64,000 nt of DNA from Chiloscyllium plagiosum (GCF_004010195.1 NC_057719.1:30956294-31020293); one strand, 5' to 3'; numbered from the stretch's first letter, positions 11,049-26,084 are shown. Program-made: numbers and translations. Notes: generated by a model not told the origin, from the sequence alone.

Positions 11049-14000
11049 ATTCAATGAATATGTTGGTCTAAAAATTCCAAAGATTGAAGAGAAATATTTC
11101 CTTACCTCCAATCGAAATGGCTGATCTCTTTTCTAGGGGGTGACCCCATGTTATATATTCCATAGCCAGGGGAGACATTTTCTTGGCTTCTTCCATGTCA
11201 AGATTCATCAGAATTTGGTCTCAATTAGATAATTTCTTCAAGGAATATAAATTTAGTCTACTTAACCTCATTCTCATCCCGGAAACTGTACTGAAGTACT
11301 GAATTGCTAGATTGTTGTTTGAACCTATAAGTTGTTTAAAAAAACACCTGAGTATTATTACTGAACTAATTTTCACACCTGGCTCAAATACTTTTATAAT
11401 CTCTGGCCTGTACACTATCACAGTTGAAAGGAAGGGTAATGATACTTCCTAAATAAACAATGCATTTCAATAGAAAAATGTCAACTGTATTATATTGCAG
11501 AACTCCTGCAGGAACAGTTTAATTTCATTGATACACAGTGTGTTCATGTATATTACAATGACCAGTAAATAAAACTATAAATTGTGTGCGTTTTCCATCC
11601 ATAACAATGTGACCAAAAAGGCTACTCTTGTGTTCTGGTCCTGCAATGGATAACAGGGTAATATACATAATAGCAGAAAGTGGAAAATTAGTGCTATGAT
11701 GCAGTTATAAATACATTGGAGTCATGAATGCAAATTTATCATAGATGTTGATTATTTTAGCAATAAAGATAACACGGGCCTATTAATAGCAACTGTGATA
11801 TAACTTAATAGCTGAAAATTTGTAAACAATTGTGTCTGTAGGAGAGCAGTTAAGATTACTTTTTTAAAAGTCTATGCTATACATTTTGTTTAGAATGTGA
11901 ATCCCTATTATATTGCATGTATTACAAATGGTTCTATAGGTAATTTTTAAAGGGGAGTTGGATAGGTACTTGAGGATATAACAGTTACAAGGCTATGGTC
12001 AAAAAGCAAGATATGGGACTAAGCATGACTGCTGTTTCGGAAAACCAGAACAGACCCAGTGACCTGAGAGAACTGTGCTTTAAGTTTCTGTGATTCTATA
12101 ATCTATTTCAGTTGGTGGATGATCTGTAACTTTGTCATTGCTGTTCAGATTCCTTTTGAAGAGCCTTAAACAGCATGATGGAAAAAATGGTTGAGTGGCA
12201 GAATGTAAGTTTATCTTTGTTTCTTCTACTATTCTAAGTCCCCTTTTTCAGCTTTGTAGTGAGGAAGGTCTTCAGTAGTGGCCAGCACAGGGAATAAACA
12301 AAGGTTGTTGAAATACCAGGCTCATTTATACATCTATTGGTTGACTTTAGTTAGCATAAGTAGAGACAAAATTAAGAAACTTCAAAGTAGAATTTTTAAA
12401 GTTGTATTTCTAACAGAAGTTAACATAGTGCATTTGTTATTTGGATGATCATAGCACTTGATCATTCAAGTTTCAATAAGGACAGTAACGGGTGAGAATG
12501 AGCACTCATGTCAGTTGCTAACATAACCTTTGCAGGATAGGCCCTTTAAATTGAAGTATATATTAATCTTAATAATCTAAATTCATCCTTTAGAATTAAT
12601 GCCCCAGTTTGTGTTTATACTGCAACCCATTAGTTGCTTATACACGTACTAGACCAAATCAATTCAACTGTGATAACATTTGAATTCTGTATTGTTAATA
12701 CAGACAATCACAAGTGAACCACACATGTCAGAGTTTTTCTATCCAGAATGAATTTTGAAGCAACTTAATGTAACAGAAAGCAAACTGTGTTGGCATATGT
12801 GATACTTGTAGGCCCAGATTGATATAAACAGTGCAACTGCCTCTGTACAAAGCAATCTCTTCATGTGCCAACTAACTAACTGACTCTCCTAGCCATACAT
12901 GCATTGTGTAGAGTAGTAACGTCTTACTGAAAATACTTCGCAATCCCAGATCGAACATGCAATTATCTAATGAGCTATGTAACACAGCATGATTTTAATT
13001 TATAGGTCTAACTAAAGTTATTTGATTTGGATATGGCCATACTTTCTACGTGTTTCGAAAATAATCATTAGAAAATATACACTTCTTTATAAAACTGCAA
13101 AATAATTGATTTCATCCTGTCACGAAAAATGACCATCTTCAAGTCTGTAGTTCAAGGAAACAAATATTTTATTCAGACATGTACAAGTGTGAAACTCATC
13201 CTAGTTATCTAATAAAGCATCTCAAAGATATAGTTTTTATCATAATTGTATAATTTTCAGGCTCATGCGGGTCTCCATTATCTCAACTTTTAAACTTTGG
13301 GTCTCTCGGTTTCCATGGTAACTCAACCATCTTGCCTGGATTCTTAGTTCCCTTATCATCATGTTCTATGTAGCAATGAATAATATGCTTATACAGGCAG
13401 TTATTGTTACAACATAAAATAAATTGAGCATAAGTATAGCACTTATTTCAAAACTGGCATGCACTTCAATTTTAATTATACTAATCTTAATCCATTTGTC
13501 CCTACTTCATTATTCATGTTTTTGCAAATGGTTATGTAGTTAAATTTGAAATTTTGTGTATAACCCTTTTTATATTTCAATGATAATACATTATTTCAAT
13601 GTACTTATATTTATTGAAGAAATGCTAAATAATATGGTCAACATTTTACAATCATTTTTGCAAAATGTAAACTTTTTTTAACCGTTTCAATACTTTTGCT
13701 TCTACCTGCAAGTTGTGGGGTAGCAAGAAATAGTTTCCTAATGTTTTGAATGTTGCATTCACAACATAAATAACAAAGTAAAAATTGGAGTTTACATATT
13801 TAAATTTGAAGTAATTTTGAATGTAGTAACTTTAATAAAAAATAGCTGGAGAAGTAGTAAGAGGGTGAACAGAATGCGATAATTTTGCTGTATGCTCAAC
13901 TAATATCTTGGATGTTGGGATAGGCTTAGTGTGGAATTTGACCTCTAAACTGAGGGCGTGGAAGAGAATATTTTTCTCTCATATTAAAACAAATTGTTTA

Positions 14001-14761
14001 GAGCCATTGTGTGTAATGTAGTACAATTATTGTTTTTCATTACTTAGAGTTGAAAAGAAAAGCTATGCTCTTAAATGTCCTGAATAGTTATGTGCATGAA
14101 AAATTAATAAGAGGTACTTGAGTGTGCAATTCATTTGAAGAAGTTAAATAAATGTATAATCTTATATATTTAGTGGAACGTGGACCTCATCAGGATTAAA
14201 GCTTACACAATTGATTTCGTAACACTGATGCATCTTAAGCTGCTAGTGTGACAGATGAATTGTATCATAGAATTAAAAGCATATGGAACCTTTATTTATC
14301 CCATATTTCACACTTTGATCGCCATATTATTAAAAAGGTTTTAGAGTCAGTGGAAGGTGAAACCATATTGAAAGGATGATGTCAGAATTGGGAGGCAATA
14401 ATTAAAAGTGAATGCGTTCAAAGTTGTAACAGGAATAGGCCATTTGGCACTTTAACTTGATGCCAATCTCAAATTGAGCATTTTAACTTGGTGCCAATCT
14501 CCTGCCCCTCCTGTAAACCTTAACATTATTTCCATTTAAATAGTCATCTTGTGCTGAATGTCTCAATTGAATCTACTGCACCACATTTCTAGGCAGTGCA
14601 TTCCAGATTCCAACCGCATGCTGTTTGTGTTTAAAATGAGTTTTCTCACACTTTGCATTTGTTTAGTTTAAAATTTGATTCTCAATCCGCTTGTGTGTGT
14701 GAATAGTTTCTCTCTAGCTATGCTGTCTAGACTTGTTATGATTTTGAAAGCTTCTATCAGA

Positions 14762-16316
14762 TCAGGTTGTACGTTTGCTCACTGGTTGTTCTCGACATTT
14801 TGTCACCATGTTAGGTAACATGATCAGTAGGCCTCCGTTGAAGCACTGGTGTACTGTCCTGCTTTCTATTTATGTGCCTTGGTCTGTTGTGGTGGGTGAT
14901 ATCATGTCTGGTTCTTTTTCTGAGAGGATGGTTAATGAGGTCCAAATCATTGTGTTTGTTGATGGAGATCTGGTTTGAATGCCAGGCCCCTAAGAATTCC
15001 TGTATGTGTCTTTGTTTAGCCTGTCCCAGGATGGATGTATTGTCCTAGTCGAACTGATGACCCTCATTGTCTATGTGTAAGGATACAAGTGAGAGTTGGT
15101 CCTGTGTTTTGGTGGCTAGTTGGTGCTCGTGTATCCTAGTGGCTAGTTTTCTGCCTCTCTGGCCGACGTAATGTTTGCTGCAGCCCTTGCAGGGTATTTT
15201 CTTTATGATGTTCGTTCTGCTGGTTGTTGGTACGGGGTCCTTTAGATTCATCAAGAGTTGTTTCAATGTGTTGATAGGTTTGTGGGCTACTATGATGCCA
15301 AGGGGCGGAGTAGTCTGGTCGTCATCTCTGAGATGTCTTTAATGTATGGTAGTGTGGCTAGAGTCTCTGGGCATGTTGTGTTGTCTTGTTTAGGTTTGTT
15401 GTATAAGAATTGACAGACTGTGCTTATCGGGTACCTGTTGTTCTTGAATACATTGTATAGGTGCTTTTCTTTGCCACATTGTAGTTCCTGGGGGCTGCAG
15501 TGTGTTGTGGCTCATTTAAATAATGTCCTAATGCAGCTCCGTTTGTGGGTGTTGGGATGATTGCTCCTGTAGTTGAGTATCTGGTCAGTGTATGTCGCTT
15601 TCATGTAGATGCTGGTCTGTAGCTCTCCATTAGCTTTTCATTCTACTGTGACACCTAGGAAGGGAAATTTGTTGTTCACTTCCTCCTTGGTGAACTTAAT
15701 ACCAGTAAAGATGTTGATTGTGTTTGTGGGTTTTCTCAAATTTGTTCCTTATGCGATGACAAAGGTATCATCCACATAGCGGACCCCAAGCTTGGGATGG
15801 ATATTGGGGAGGGCTGCTCATTCCAACCTCTGCATAACTGCCTCTGCCAAGAATCCTGATATCGGTGATCCCATGGGTGTCCCATTGATTTGTTTTCAGG
15901 TCTTGTTGAAGGTGAAGTGGGTGACGAGTTTGTCTACTAGTTGGAGTTGGTGCTGGATGGTGTTTGTGTCCTTGGTTCGTTTCATAGTGGGGCCAGTGTT
16001 TCTTTGGCCAGGGTGATGTTTATTGATGTGAATAGGGCCATCACATTGAAGGAAACCAAGACCTCACATTCAAACCGGAACTCCATCAATAAACACATTG
16101 ATTTGGACCCCATTTTCCAACCTCTCAGAAAAAGAACTGTAAGAGATATCACCCACCGCAACAGACCAAGACACACAAATCGAAAGCTGAACAGTATGCA
16201 GGCACTTCAGCAGAAGTTCAGTGATGTTACCTTGCATGGTGACAAAATGTCTGAGAACAAACCTTCCAGCTCAGCGAGCAAACTTACTAGCTACTAATCT
16301 GCACAAAAATTGCAAA
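14762..16316 (-). mobile_element. Penelope-like element (RT + GIY-YIG) with inverted pLTR at about 16067-16316
   Basis: Minus strand reads PMGSPISG, VRYVDDTF, KIPCKGCSKHYVGQ...RIHEH. Approximate TSD CTTCTATCRGA at 14751 and 16317. Inserted in an old CR1 (about 14420-17340). Confidence 0.88.
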
Positions 16317-17396
16317 CTTCTATCGGACCTCCCTCACTCTTCTTCTCTCCAAGACAAACAGTCCAGCTTTTCCAATCTGTTTTCATAACCATTTCTCACC
16401 GCTAGAATCATTCTTGTATTTCTGAACTCTTCAATGTCTTCACATCCTTTCAATAGTGCTGCACCCAGAACTGTACACAATACTCCAACTGAGGTATATC
16501 TCGTGTTCTATACTAGTTCAGCACATCTATTTTGCTCTTGTACTCTTTTTTTTTTCCCTTATTTTCCAAAGCCTAGAATACTGTATGCTGTATTAGCTGC
16601 TCTTCTACTTGTCCTGTCACCTTTAATGATTTGTGCACATATACATCCAGATCTCTGCTCCTGCACCCCTTTAGATAGTACGTTTACTTCTTAACCATGT
16701 TATTTGTACTAAAATGTAACACCTCTCACTTGTCCATATTGAATTTTATCTGTTTCTTATTTGGTCACTCCAGCAATTTGTCAGTGTCCTTTATAAGTTT
16801 GATGCTGTTGTCAGTTTATAGTGCTCCCAGGTTGTACATTGTCCACAAACTTTGAAATCATCTCTTGCACGCTAATATCTAAATCATTGCCATCATCAGG
16901 AAAAGCAAGAGTCTCAAAACAGACCCCAGAGAACACCACCACAAACCTTTCTATAGTTCAAAAAAAGTCATTAACCACTACTCACTGTTTCTTATCTCTC
17001 AGTTTGTATCTGCAATGCTGCTGTCCCTTTTCAGAATTCTAATTTTTCTCAAGTCTTTTTATACCCTATTGAACACCTTGTGGATGTTGATGTACACTTA
17101 AAACTTTCCACTTCCCTTGCTTTTTTTAAAGAAAAGGTTAGTAAAATGCAATTTTCCTGTGAACAGTTTGTACTGGATTTTCTAAATTAACCTGTATTTT
17201 TCCATGTGACAATCCTGAATAAGTGTTTCTAGAAGATTTCCCATATCAAAAGTTAAGTTGGCTGGTTTGTAATTGCTGGGCATATCTTTAAAACCTTTTT
17301 TAAACAAGAGTGTACTTTTTGCAATTCTTCAGTTGAATTAAACCATCCCTGAGTGCTGGAAATATCGAAAGATTATTTTCAGTTCACTTGATATTA

Positions 17397-18594
17397 TAGA
17401 ACATAGAACAGTACAGCACAGAACAGGCTCTTCAGCCCACAATGTTGTGCCGACCATTGATCCTCGTATAAGGTAAACCTAATGTACGAACCCCCACATT
17501 TCTGTGACCATATGCATGTCCAGTGGTCTCTTAAATATCCCCAATGACCTCGCTTCCACAACTGCTGCTGGCAACGCATTCCATGCTCCCACAACTCTCT
17601 GCGTAAAGAACCCGTCTCTGACATCCCCTCTATACTTTCCGCCAAACAGCTTAAAACGATGACCCTTCGTGTTAATAATTTCTGCCCTGGGAAAAAGTCT
17701 CTGGCTGTCAACTCTATCTGTGCCTCTCAATTAGGTCCTCTCTTCCTCTTCTCCAATGAAAAAAGTCCGAGCTCAGTCAACCTCTCTTCGTAAGATAAGC
17801 CCTCCATTCCAGGCAGCATCCTGGTAAACCTCCACTGAACCCTCTCCAAAGCATTCACATCTTTCCTATAATAGGGCGATGAGAACTGGACACAGTATTC
17901 CAAGTGATTCCTGAAGAAGGGCTTATGCCCGAAACGTCGATTCTCCTGTTCCTTGGATGCTGCCTGACCTGCTACGCTTTTCCAGCAACACATTTTCAGC
18001 ACAGTATTCCAAGTGCGGTCTAACCAAAGTTTTATAGAGCTGCAACAAGATCTCACGACTCTTAAACTCAATCCCCCTGTTAATGAAAGCCAAAACACCA
18101 TATGCTTTCTTAACAACCTGATCCTCCGCACTGCTAAGAATCCTGTCTTTAATCCTGTACTCAGCTTTCAAGTTCAACCTTCCAAAATGCATCACCTCGC
18201 ATTTATCCGTTGGACTCCATCTGCCACCTCTCAGCCCATCTCTGCATCCTGTCAATGTCACGCTGCAGCCTACAACAGTCGTCTGCAAACTTGCTAACCC
18301 ATCCTTCAATCTACTCATCCAAGTCATTAATAAAAATTACAAAGAGTAGAGGCCCAAGAACAGAGCCGTGTGGAACACCAGGCAGAATACTTTCCTTCCA
18401 CTACCACTTGCTGTCTTCAGTCGACCAGCCAATTCTGTATCCAGACAGCTAAATTTCCCTGTTCTGACCTTTCTCCTGATCTTTTGAACGAGCCTACCAT
18501 GGGGAACCACATCAAATGCCTTGCTGAAGTCCATATACACCACATCCACCGCTCGACCCTCATCAACTTGTCTAGTAACCTCCTCAAAGAACTA
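17397..18594 (-). mobile_element. CR1 LINE with several internal deletions
   Basis: YMDFSKAFD, LYKTLVRPHLEYC, GAWNALPAAVV. Repeated AGAACA-type tail at 17397. Confidence 0.9.
17907..17999 (+). mobile_element. 93-bp pLTR-derived insertion starting with a minimal hammerhead motif
   Basis: 16-bp TSD CACAGTATTCCAAGTG at 17891-17906 and 18000-18015. Contains CTGAAGA-A-GGGC-TTAT-GCCC-GAAA-CG-TC at 17911-17938. Confidence 0.85.
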
Positions 18595-18690
18595 AAAACT
18601 CCATTATGCTCTCACTTCCCTCAATATCATTCGATGCATCTCATCTGGTCCTGGTGCCTTATTGACTTTAAGTATTGACAGTTTATACAA

Positions 18691-19240
18691 TGTGAGAAAC
18701 AGAACTCACTCACAAATCAATCAGCCTGAGACAAAGCCTTGGAAACAAGAACAATTTATTACAGTCTTGCAAGTACCGGATGCCTCTACAATCAAGCAGA
18801 AATGCGCGCCAAAACAGAACCTGTTAGCTTTCTTATTCAGTTTACAAGTTGCGGAATCACGCCTCCCTTTTCCCATCCTATCATAAGCCGATTACCTCAC
18901 TTGTTAGTTATTTTCTTATCTGGCCGTCCTGCTGTCCTTGTCTGCATTCTTTGTTCCTTGTTTGTTACAGCTGGTTCTTTTATCCAGTTTCTCTTATCAT
19001 ACTATAATCTTTATTGTGAAATGTCCCTGCTGCTTCTTTTTGTGGTCAGCTACAACCCTTCATAGTTATTTCCTAGCTTAAAACTATTTTATTTAAAAGA
19101 CCCTCTATATTCATTAAAGTCTTAGCCTTAAGTATGCTACATGCTACAAGAATTCCGTGACCGTTTGTATAATGTTCCCCTTCCCTTCCCCCACTACACC
19201 CCTCCCCCACCTGCAAAAACAACATTTCTAATCTCCCACA
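18691..19240 (-). mobile_element. Solo LTR, 550 bp
   Basis: TGTGAGA...TCTCCCACA termini. Exact 5-bp TSD TACAA at 18686-18690 and 19241-19245. AATAAA on - near 18755. Confidence 0.75.
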
Positions 19241-19699
19241 TACAATACCAACTCTTTGTCAATTTTTAACTATTTTAGTGACTGAGTTTCCTTCTCTAAC
19301 ATGATGGCCTGGGCAATATCTGGGGAAGGGGAACTTATAGTTGGAAAAGAAAAGACTGAGAGTTAACCCAAAAGACTTTTAAAATTCATAATAGGGTTTG
19401 ATAGAGTGGAGGGGAGTGCAGAAGATATCCAAACTAGGTGTTAGAAACATCAAATAGTCACTAATAAGTCCAATAAGAGGCTTCAGAGGATCTTCTTTAC
19501 TCAAGGATAGTTAGGATCTGGAGATTGCATCTATGAAAGACCATAGATGCTGGACTAATAGAGAAAAAGGAAAATAAAGATATGTTCGTAGGAGTTAATC
19601 TTTAAAGTGGGAGGAGGCTGATGTGAAGCATAAACACCAACAACAGATCTGTTCAGCTGTTTTTCTGCTGTGAATTCTAAGTATTATCCAATGATTACA

Positions 19700-19890
19700 T
19701 TTTCTGCTTTATTCGTAATGCTGGAGATACTCAACAGGTCAGTCAACATAACTGGAGAAATGAATAGTTAATGTTTTGGGTGTATGACCTTTCATTGGGA
19801 AGACAACTATTTTTCTGTCCAGAAATGCTGTCTGATATGCTGAATATTTACAGCATTTTGTTTTTATTTCACATTTCCAGCATCATAGTA
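19700..19890. mobile_element. Degenerate palindromic pLTR-derived element
   Basis: Inverted ATGCTGGA...TCCAGCAT arms similar to family C. Confidence 0.55.
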
Positions 19891-20330
19891 TTTTGCTTTT
19901 ACATTTCATTATTGATTCATTTATATACTGGTGAATTTTGTTTATAATCTGTTCCTGTTGCAGAATCATTTGAGTAGAACTCCCAGAATATGCTTTGAAA
20001 CAATTGTATGTTGATGATTCTTAATAATAAAGATGGATTATAATAAAATTACTAAAATAATGAAGCACTCTTCCTGTTCTGAAGATTGTATCATTCTCAG
20101 GTACACTACACTGTGATATTATCCCATACTTGTATTGGTGAATTCAAAAATTTAGTTAGTTCAAATTTAGGTCTGATTTTGTAACCTCTATTTCATGGCA
20201 ATGTTACCGTTAGCTTGTAGCTTTATGAAGATTAAAGTAACACTTGACCTATCTGGAAAATCACAACAAGACGAATATTGGCGAAGAAAAATGGAAAATG
20301 TTTTAACTTTATGTTAATTGATAATGCTAA

Positions 20331-21020
<690 letters not shown>

Positions 21021-21614
21021 TAGCATCTCAGTTTGAGTCCAGCGAATTGAGGATTATGTAAAATGAATTAGAACAATTTAAGTCTTGGTCTATCTGGATA
21101 TGATATACAGGTGAAGAAAAATGTTTGTTTTTTTTAAATGAAGTAACTGCTGTGGGAAATAAAATAACTTTAAACTGGTGCAATAGATGTGTACTGGTGC
21201 AATAGATGTGTACTATTGATGTTGGATGGAACATAATGAGCTTTATTTTGTTTTTTGAGAGCATAAATCTTCTGTATTTAATTGCCGTATCTAGTACAAA
21301 ATCAAAATCAAAAGCAGTATATGCTCTAGTGGTTCAAGTGATCCTTTAAAATTCCGGTTTGGGATACATCATACTATGACAGGTATATACGTTTACCAGT
21401 TAGATCTGTTACTTTATGCCCTTTATGTAAATCAGACTATATAATTCTGCTAAAGCATTAGTGTGATCTTGTGACAAACTGAGTAGCTTTACCACTAAAT
21501 GCTCCTGTGATGGGACTGGTTTGTTGAACGCTAAAATTATGATTTTAAACATTTAGGTAATTGGAATTTCATTTATGCACATTAAAATGTTCCTTGGGTG
21601 GGAAAATATAGTCA

Positions 21615-24090
21615 GGATTGGTAGAAATGGGAATCTGGGATGGTGTTGTTTCCCCGATGCCAGGGTCCAGGATGTCTCAGCAGAAGGGGGAGGGTGAGCA
21701 GCCAGAAGTCTTGTGCACATTGGCACAAATGAAATAGGTTTGAGGTGCTGCGAAGTGACTAGAGAGAGCTAGGAAAAAAGTTAAAAACCAAGACCTGTTG
21801 GTGCATGAAGGGCTTAGATGGGATGGAATTTGTTAAGTGCATTCAGGAAAGCTTCCTCGAGCAGCATATAGAGGGTCCTACTCGGGAACGGGCAAAGCTC
21901 GACCAACTCTTGGCAAATAGGGCAGGACAGGTGACAGTGGGGGAGCACTTTAGGACCAGCGACCATAGTTTTATTAATTTTAAAATAGTTATGGAGAGGG
22001 ACAAAACTGGTCCACAGGTTCAAGTTCTAAATTGGGGCAAGGTGAATTTTGATGCAGTTAGACAGGAGCTTGCAGGGATTGATTGGAGTGGTTTGTTTGC
22101 AAGCAAAGGGACTTCTAGCAAGTGGGAGGCCTTTAAAAATGAGAGAGCTTGCGTTCAAGCTCAGTATTTTCCTGTGAGGGTGAAGGGCAAAATTAGCAGG
22201 AATAGGGAATCCTGGATGATGAGATATTGAGACTTTGACGAGGAAAAAAAGTAGCCGGTGTGGCTCGGGTACAGGCAGCTGGGATCGGGAAGCTGGAGAT
22301 ATACAGGGAATACAGAAGTTTACTGAAGAAGGAAATCAGGAGCGTGAAAAGAGGGCACAAGATAGTCTTAGCTGAGAAGATTAGAGTAAATCCAAAGAGG
22401 AACTTTAACTATATTAAAGGAAAAAGAATACCTAGAGTGGACATCTATGTGTAGAACTGCAGGTGATGGGTGAGGTTCTCAATATTCCTCCTCTGTGTTT
22501 TACTATGGTGAAAGACATGAAGACCTGGGAACTTGGGGAAGTTCGTGGTGATACCACTCTCTTGGGGACAGTCCATATCACAGTAGAGGAGACGAAGGAT
22601 GTATTAGAATGTATGAAAATGGATAAACCTCCTGGTCCTGACCAGATATATTCAAGAACACTGCAAGAGGCTAGAGAAGAAATTGGGGATTCTTGACTGA
22701 TAATTTAGCATCATAGTTTAGCCATGGGTGAGGTCCTGCAAGACTGGAGGGTAGCGAATGTTGTGCCATTCTTCACGAAGGGCTGCAAAGAAAAGCCTGG
22801 GAACTATAGACCAGTAAGCTTAACATTGCTTGAAGATTGAAAGGGATAAGATATACATGCAATTGAAAAGTCAGGGTTTGATTACGAGTGGTCGGCAAGG
22901 CTTTGTGAGTGGGAGATCATGCCTCACAAATTTATTAGAATTTTTTGAAGTGACTGGGTAGGTTCACAAGGGCAGAGTGATAGACGTAGTCTGTATGGAT
23001 TTCAGTAAGGCCTTTGTTAAGGTTCCATATGGTAGGCTGCTCTGGAAAGCTGGCAAGTTGGGTACAAAATTAGCTTGATGAAAAGAAGCAGAGAGGTAAT
23101 AATGGATGCTTGTTGGACTGAAAGCTTGTGACTAGTGGAGTGCCTCAGGGGTCTGTACTGAACCCATTACTGTTTGTTATCTATATCAGTGATTTGGATG
23201 AGAATGTACAAAGCATGATTAGTAAGTTTGCTGATGACACTAGAGTAGGCAGTATCGTAGACGGTGAGAAAGGTTATCAAATTGCAGCAGGATCTTGATC
23301 AACTGAGAAATAGCAAATGGAGTTTAATATAGATAAGTGAGATCTTACATTTTCGATAGTCAAATCAAGGAAGGAGTTTCACAGTGAATGGTAGGGTCTT
23401 AAGGAGTGTAGTGGAATAGGGGGATCTTGGAATTCAGGTTCACGGTTCTTTGAAAGTGGAGTGACAGGTAGATAAGGCAGTGAAGGCAGCTTTTGGCCTT
23501 CATCAGTCAGGGCATTGAGTATAGAAGTTGGGAAGTTATGTTGCAGTTATACAGGATGTTGGTGAGGCCACACTTGGAGTATTGTGTTAAGTCTTGGTCA
23601 CCTTGTTATAGGAAGGATGTTATTAAAGTAGAAAGAGTGCAGAAGAAATTTACAAGGATGTTGCCCGGACTCAATGGTCTGGGTTATAAGGAGAGGTTGG
23701 ATAAGCTAGGACTTTTTTCTTTTAGAGTGTAGGAGACTGAGGGGGGAACCTTAGAGAGGCGATTCAGATCATGAGAGGCATAGATAGGGTGAATGCCCTC
23801 AGTCTTTTTCCCAGGGCTGGGGCATCAGTTTAAGGTTCGAGGGCAAAGAATAAAAGGGAACCTGAGGGGCAACCTTTTGTACAGAGGTACGCATATGGCA
23901 TGAGCTGCCAGAGGAAATGGTTGACGTGTCAACATTAACAACATTAAAAAGGCATTTGAACAAATACATGGATAGGAAAGAATTAGAAGGATATGGGCCA
24001 AGTGCAGAGAAATAAGGTTAGCGTGGACTGCATGAACCAGTTTGGGCCAAAGGACCTGTCTCTATGCTGTAAGACTCTATGACTCTAAAT
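21615..24090 (+). mobile_element. CR1 LINE, degraded (endonuclease to RT to 3' UTR)
   Basis: EFVKCIQESFL, SDHSFI, PGPDQIY, KFADDT, PHLEYCV motifs. CTATGACT tail near 24080. Confidence 0.9.
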
Positions 24091-24809
24091 CATAGAAAAT
24101 GAGTACTGTAAGAACAGAAATTGGTCTTTGACTGTCCTGTTGAAACAATAAAATATGGGATGGCAGGGAAAAGTCTCCCATTAGTAAAATCCTTAAGAGT
24201 CAAAAACAGAAACTGGCCAGGTCTGGCTACATCTGCGGAAACATTGCAGAGTTTGTGTTTTGAGTCGAGTGACCCTTGTTTAGAACTAGAAGCAGGAAAA
24301 GGTGTTTTTGCTGATTGGAGGAGGAGGAGGAGGGAGAAAGAAGAAAGGGTGGGAAGACAAAGGAATTGTTTATAGTTGATGATTGATCATTTATTGCTAG
24401 TTGTATCTACAGAAATTATGGAACTAACTGCCAAGTCCAAACCAATTTTTTTCAAGTCAGAGTTTGAAATTATTTTTTCACTCCTGTATAGGCAATGTAA
24501 ATAAAACTGATTCGCATTTTTAAACTAAGTGTTGAACCTATTCAAAAGGAGTTTGTCACTTGACAGCTCTGCAGGTCTTCAGTACAAGATGGAATTATTT
24601 AAGTAGTTGTAGTTGAAAACCTGCTTTCAAATACTAGCAGGAAGCTAGCAGAAAAATTAAGTCGACACTGAACAAACATCACTCTTGCAATCATTCACTT
24701 GGACCATTTGTTTAAGAATGGATTTATTTTGGGTAAAAGTATTTAAACAAGCAGGTTTCTATTGTAAGAAGATAACCAGAAATCGAAAACACTACATTCA
24801 TCATAGAAT

Positions 24810-25020
24810 CTCTATAGTGTCATCTATTCAGTCCACATTGACCCTTAGAACATCCTACCCAGACCCATCCCATACCTAATCTGCACATCTTTAGGCTGTA
24901 GGAGGAAACTGAAGCAACCAGAGAACATGCAAACTTCACACAGACAGTTGCCCAAGCTGGAATCAAATCTGGGTGCTGTGTGGCAGAGGTGCTAACCACC
25001 AAGTCACTGTGCTGCCCAGT
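24810..25020 (-). mobile_element. Degenerate HE1-like V-SINE
   Basis: Reverse-complement similarity to the SINE at 48439-48748 (tRNA-like head, central V-domain). Confidence 0.65.
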
Positions 25021-25365
25021 CAATTTCACCACAAATTTTGTCACCACAATTGCTAGAGTAGTGCTTCTGATTAACACTAACTTGAACTCATCATGCATTG
25101 TCCTACTTGAATCAAACTCTAAATCAGAATAATTAAAAAGTACCAAATGATTGCCAGATTTATTCCCATCACAGCACGTGTTGTATTGTTGAAAATGATT
25201 GCTTTGAAAACATTAATTATAATCAGCATTAATGTAATCAATTTTAGTCAAATTATTTGTCTTTTAAACTAATTTTAATATGGAATATATTGAAAGTAAG
25301 CAATTCTTATTGTTTATGATTTGATTTCTAATTCAGATGCTAAGTTTTTTTTTCCCCTCCCGAAG

Positions 25366-25455
25366 ACCTTCACATGATTCTCTCCTGGGTGATGTTATTC
25401 AAGCAGCAGTAGATGAATTGTTCTGTCCCAGGACTGAGCTGTGCAAAGAACATGG
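25366..25455 (+). CDS. C14orf28: C14orf28 coding exon 3 (LPSHDSLLGDVIQAAVDELFCPRTELCKEHG)
   Basis: Pyrimidine tract then cgaag|a, donor gg|gtacgt, 90 nt, phase 2/2. Matches the recalled AVxELFC...ELCxEHG segment. Confidence 0.9.
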
Positions 25456-26084
25456 GTACGTTCGCAGATTTGCTTCGTGTTCTTATAAGCTGATCAGAAG
25501 TGATATATATTTGCTGGTTACTTAATTGTTCATTTTGCATGCATTGGGTTAATGTCCACTGCAGGAAATTAGTTAATATGACAATCTGGCTAGAGCTATG
25601 CCAGTGTTTTAAGTAAAACAGTGAGCAAATAATGTCAAATTCAGTATGATTCAGAAGTTGAATAATAACCAACATAGTATCCAATAAACGAATGCCCTTT
25701 TATCCTTGCCTGTCTTTTCAGTTGCCTTTTGTTTCCCCCGTCTATTCTCTGGTTGAGAGATTGAGCTAAAGACCTGTTCAAAGTCATTACTGCTCAGTAG
25801 CTGCCTACTAGAAGGTATGATAGTTGGTTGTGTATGTGACTTTTTATTTGCCCTGGATCTAATTGGCATTTCATTCAACTGTGCAGTTAGTTTACATTTA
25901 CTGCAAAATGCAGTTTCGTGTTGAGTCAGTAAACTCTTTATGAGTAACTTCATCCATCTAGTTGTACACTTGAGGGGCGGAATGGGTGTGCGGGCTCAAT
26001 ATTCCACTATTGTATATTTGGAGTATGATTTCAGATATAAATCCTATGAAATACATTTCTTTAATATAACATCTGTATATATAA

